Assembly (NCBI RefSeq): GCF_009914755.1
Contig: NC_060940.1
Strand: one strand, 5' to 3'
Source of the DNA: the human T2T-CHM13v2.0 reference genome, Homo sapiens
Length of the DNA: 64,000 nucleotides
Numbering within the stretch: the stretch's first letter is position 1; every line of letters starts with the position of its first letter. This document shows positions 62,507-64,000 of this stretch, one piece after another. The notes beneath the pieces were generated by a model. The model saw only the letters and a list, made by a program, of their open reading frames with translations, did no database searches and was not told where the DNA came from. A program made the position numbers and the translations under genes.

Positions 62507-64000
62507 TTGGGTTCAAGTGGTTCTCCTGCCTCAGACTCCTGAATAGCTGGGACTATAGGCACCCACCACGCCCGGGTAATTTTTTGTATCTTTAGTCGAG
62601 GTGAGGTTTCACCATGTTGGCTAGGCTCGTCTCAAAATACCTCGTAATCCGCGCCGCCTCAGCCTCACAAAGTGCTGCGATTACCTGCGCCCGACCGCTC
62701 CCACCCCAATCGTGTTGAAATTGTGTAGTATAGAATTCTATAAATTTGAAAAAGCTTTTAGAGGTTAGTTGGAGCAGTGCTTCTCATGTTGCACATCACC
62801 TTGAGAACTTGTGAAATTGCAGGTCGTGAGTCAGCATGGTGTTGTAGGGTGAGGGGAGTGACTGTGTTTCTGTGTTTTTCAAGACGGGGGCGGGTCTCAC
62901 TTTGTTGCCCAGGTGGGAGTGCAGTGGTGCAAACAAGGCTCATTGCAGCCTTGATCTCCGGGGCTCAAGCTGTCTGTTGACCTCAGCCTTCTGAGTAGCT
63001 GGGACTTCAGGCGTACATCACCACACCCAGCTAGTTTTAGTATTTTTTCGTAAAGATAGGATTTTGCCATGTTGGCCAGGCTAGTCTTGAACTTCTGAGC
63101 TCAAGCAATCCACCAACCTTGGCCTTTGAAAGTGCTGGGATTACAGATGTGAACTACAATGCCTGGCTGCTTATGTATTTTTATTTTTTATTTCTTAAAA
63201 TATTTATTTGAGATGGAGTCTTGCTCTGTTGCTCAGACTGGAGTGCACGGTGGCACGATCTTGGCTCACTGCAACCTCTGCCTCCCAGGTTCAAGAGATT
63301 CTGCTGCCTCAGCCTCCCGAGCAGCTGGGATTCTAGGTGCCTGCCAACATGCCTGGCTCACTTTTGTATTTTTAGTGGAGGTGGGTTTCACCATCTTGGC
63401 CAGGCTGGTGTCGAACTCCTGACCTTAGGCAATCCACCCACCTTGGCCTCTGAAAGTGCTGGGATTACAGGCGTGAGCCACCACATCCGGCCTTCTTTTT
63501 TTTTTTTTTTTTTTTTGAAACAGGGGTCTTGCTCTGTCACCCAGGCTGGAGAGCAGTGGCACGATCATGGCTCACTGAGGGGATTCAGACAAACCCCAGG
63601 CCTGAGCTTGCAGAGTATGGAGAGCAGGGAGAGGGGTGCAGTCATTGACTTCAAAGTCAAGACTTCAGGCTTTACTGGGGAGAGATTCTCTGTGCTCAAT
63701 AGTAAGGATTTTTTTTTTTTTTAGTTTTATTTTTAAATGTTTATTTATTTAGAGGATTGGGTTAGGAAACTGGCTAATTTTTGTATTTTGGTAGAGACGA
63801 GGTTTTGCCATGTTGCCCAGGCTGGCCTCGAACTCCTGGGCACAAGTGATCCCTCTCCTTTCCAAAGTGCTGGGATTACAGGCGTGAGCCACTGCACCTG
63901 GCCAATAGTTAGGATTTGTGCTCTGCCCTCCTAACCACAATTTGGAGAAACAAACCAGTATACAAATTCACAGCACTTAATTCCTTCAAATAGTTCTGTT

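Overview
Human (primate) genomic DNA, very Alu-dense. It holds the complete 10-exon GOT2 gene (mitochondrial aspartate aminotransferase) on the minus strand: ATG at 46736, stop at 20679-20681, 1293-nt spliced CDS (430 aa), all introns GT-AG, poly(A) signal at 19655-19660 and a CpG-island promoter at about 46.0-47.0 kb. Positions 1-17 kb are ancient L1 fragments with nested Alu, MaLR/ERVL LTR and piggyBac (MER75) insertions. The most interesting non-obvious element is at about 52.2-59.7 kb, upstream of GOT2 on the same strand: an old, nearly full-length retrocopy of the lncRNA NORAD. It keeps its GC-rich 5' end, about ten degenerate hairpin-bearing repeat units and seven intact Pumilio response elements, and is split by about ten Alus and a U6 retrocopy. 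A CCAAT-rich LTR12 lies 1.5 kb from its 5' end. Other points: a Y3 RNA retrocopy in intron 1, a young AluYa5-type arm nested in an older Alu in intron 8, a nearly abutting inverted Alu pair, an LTR10 with a p53-like site, and ERR/UPRE-type motifs near the GOT2 promoter. Family assignments come from recalled consensus sequences, not database searches.
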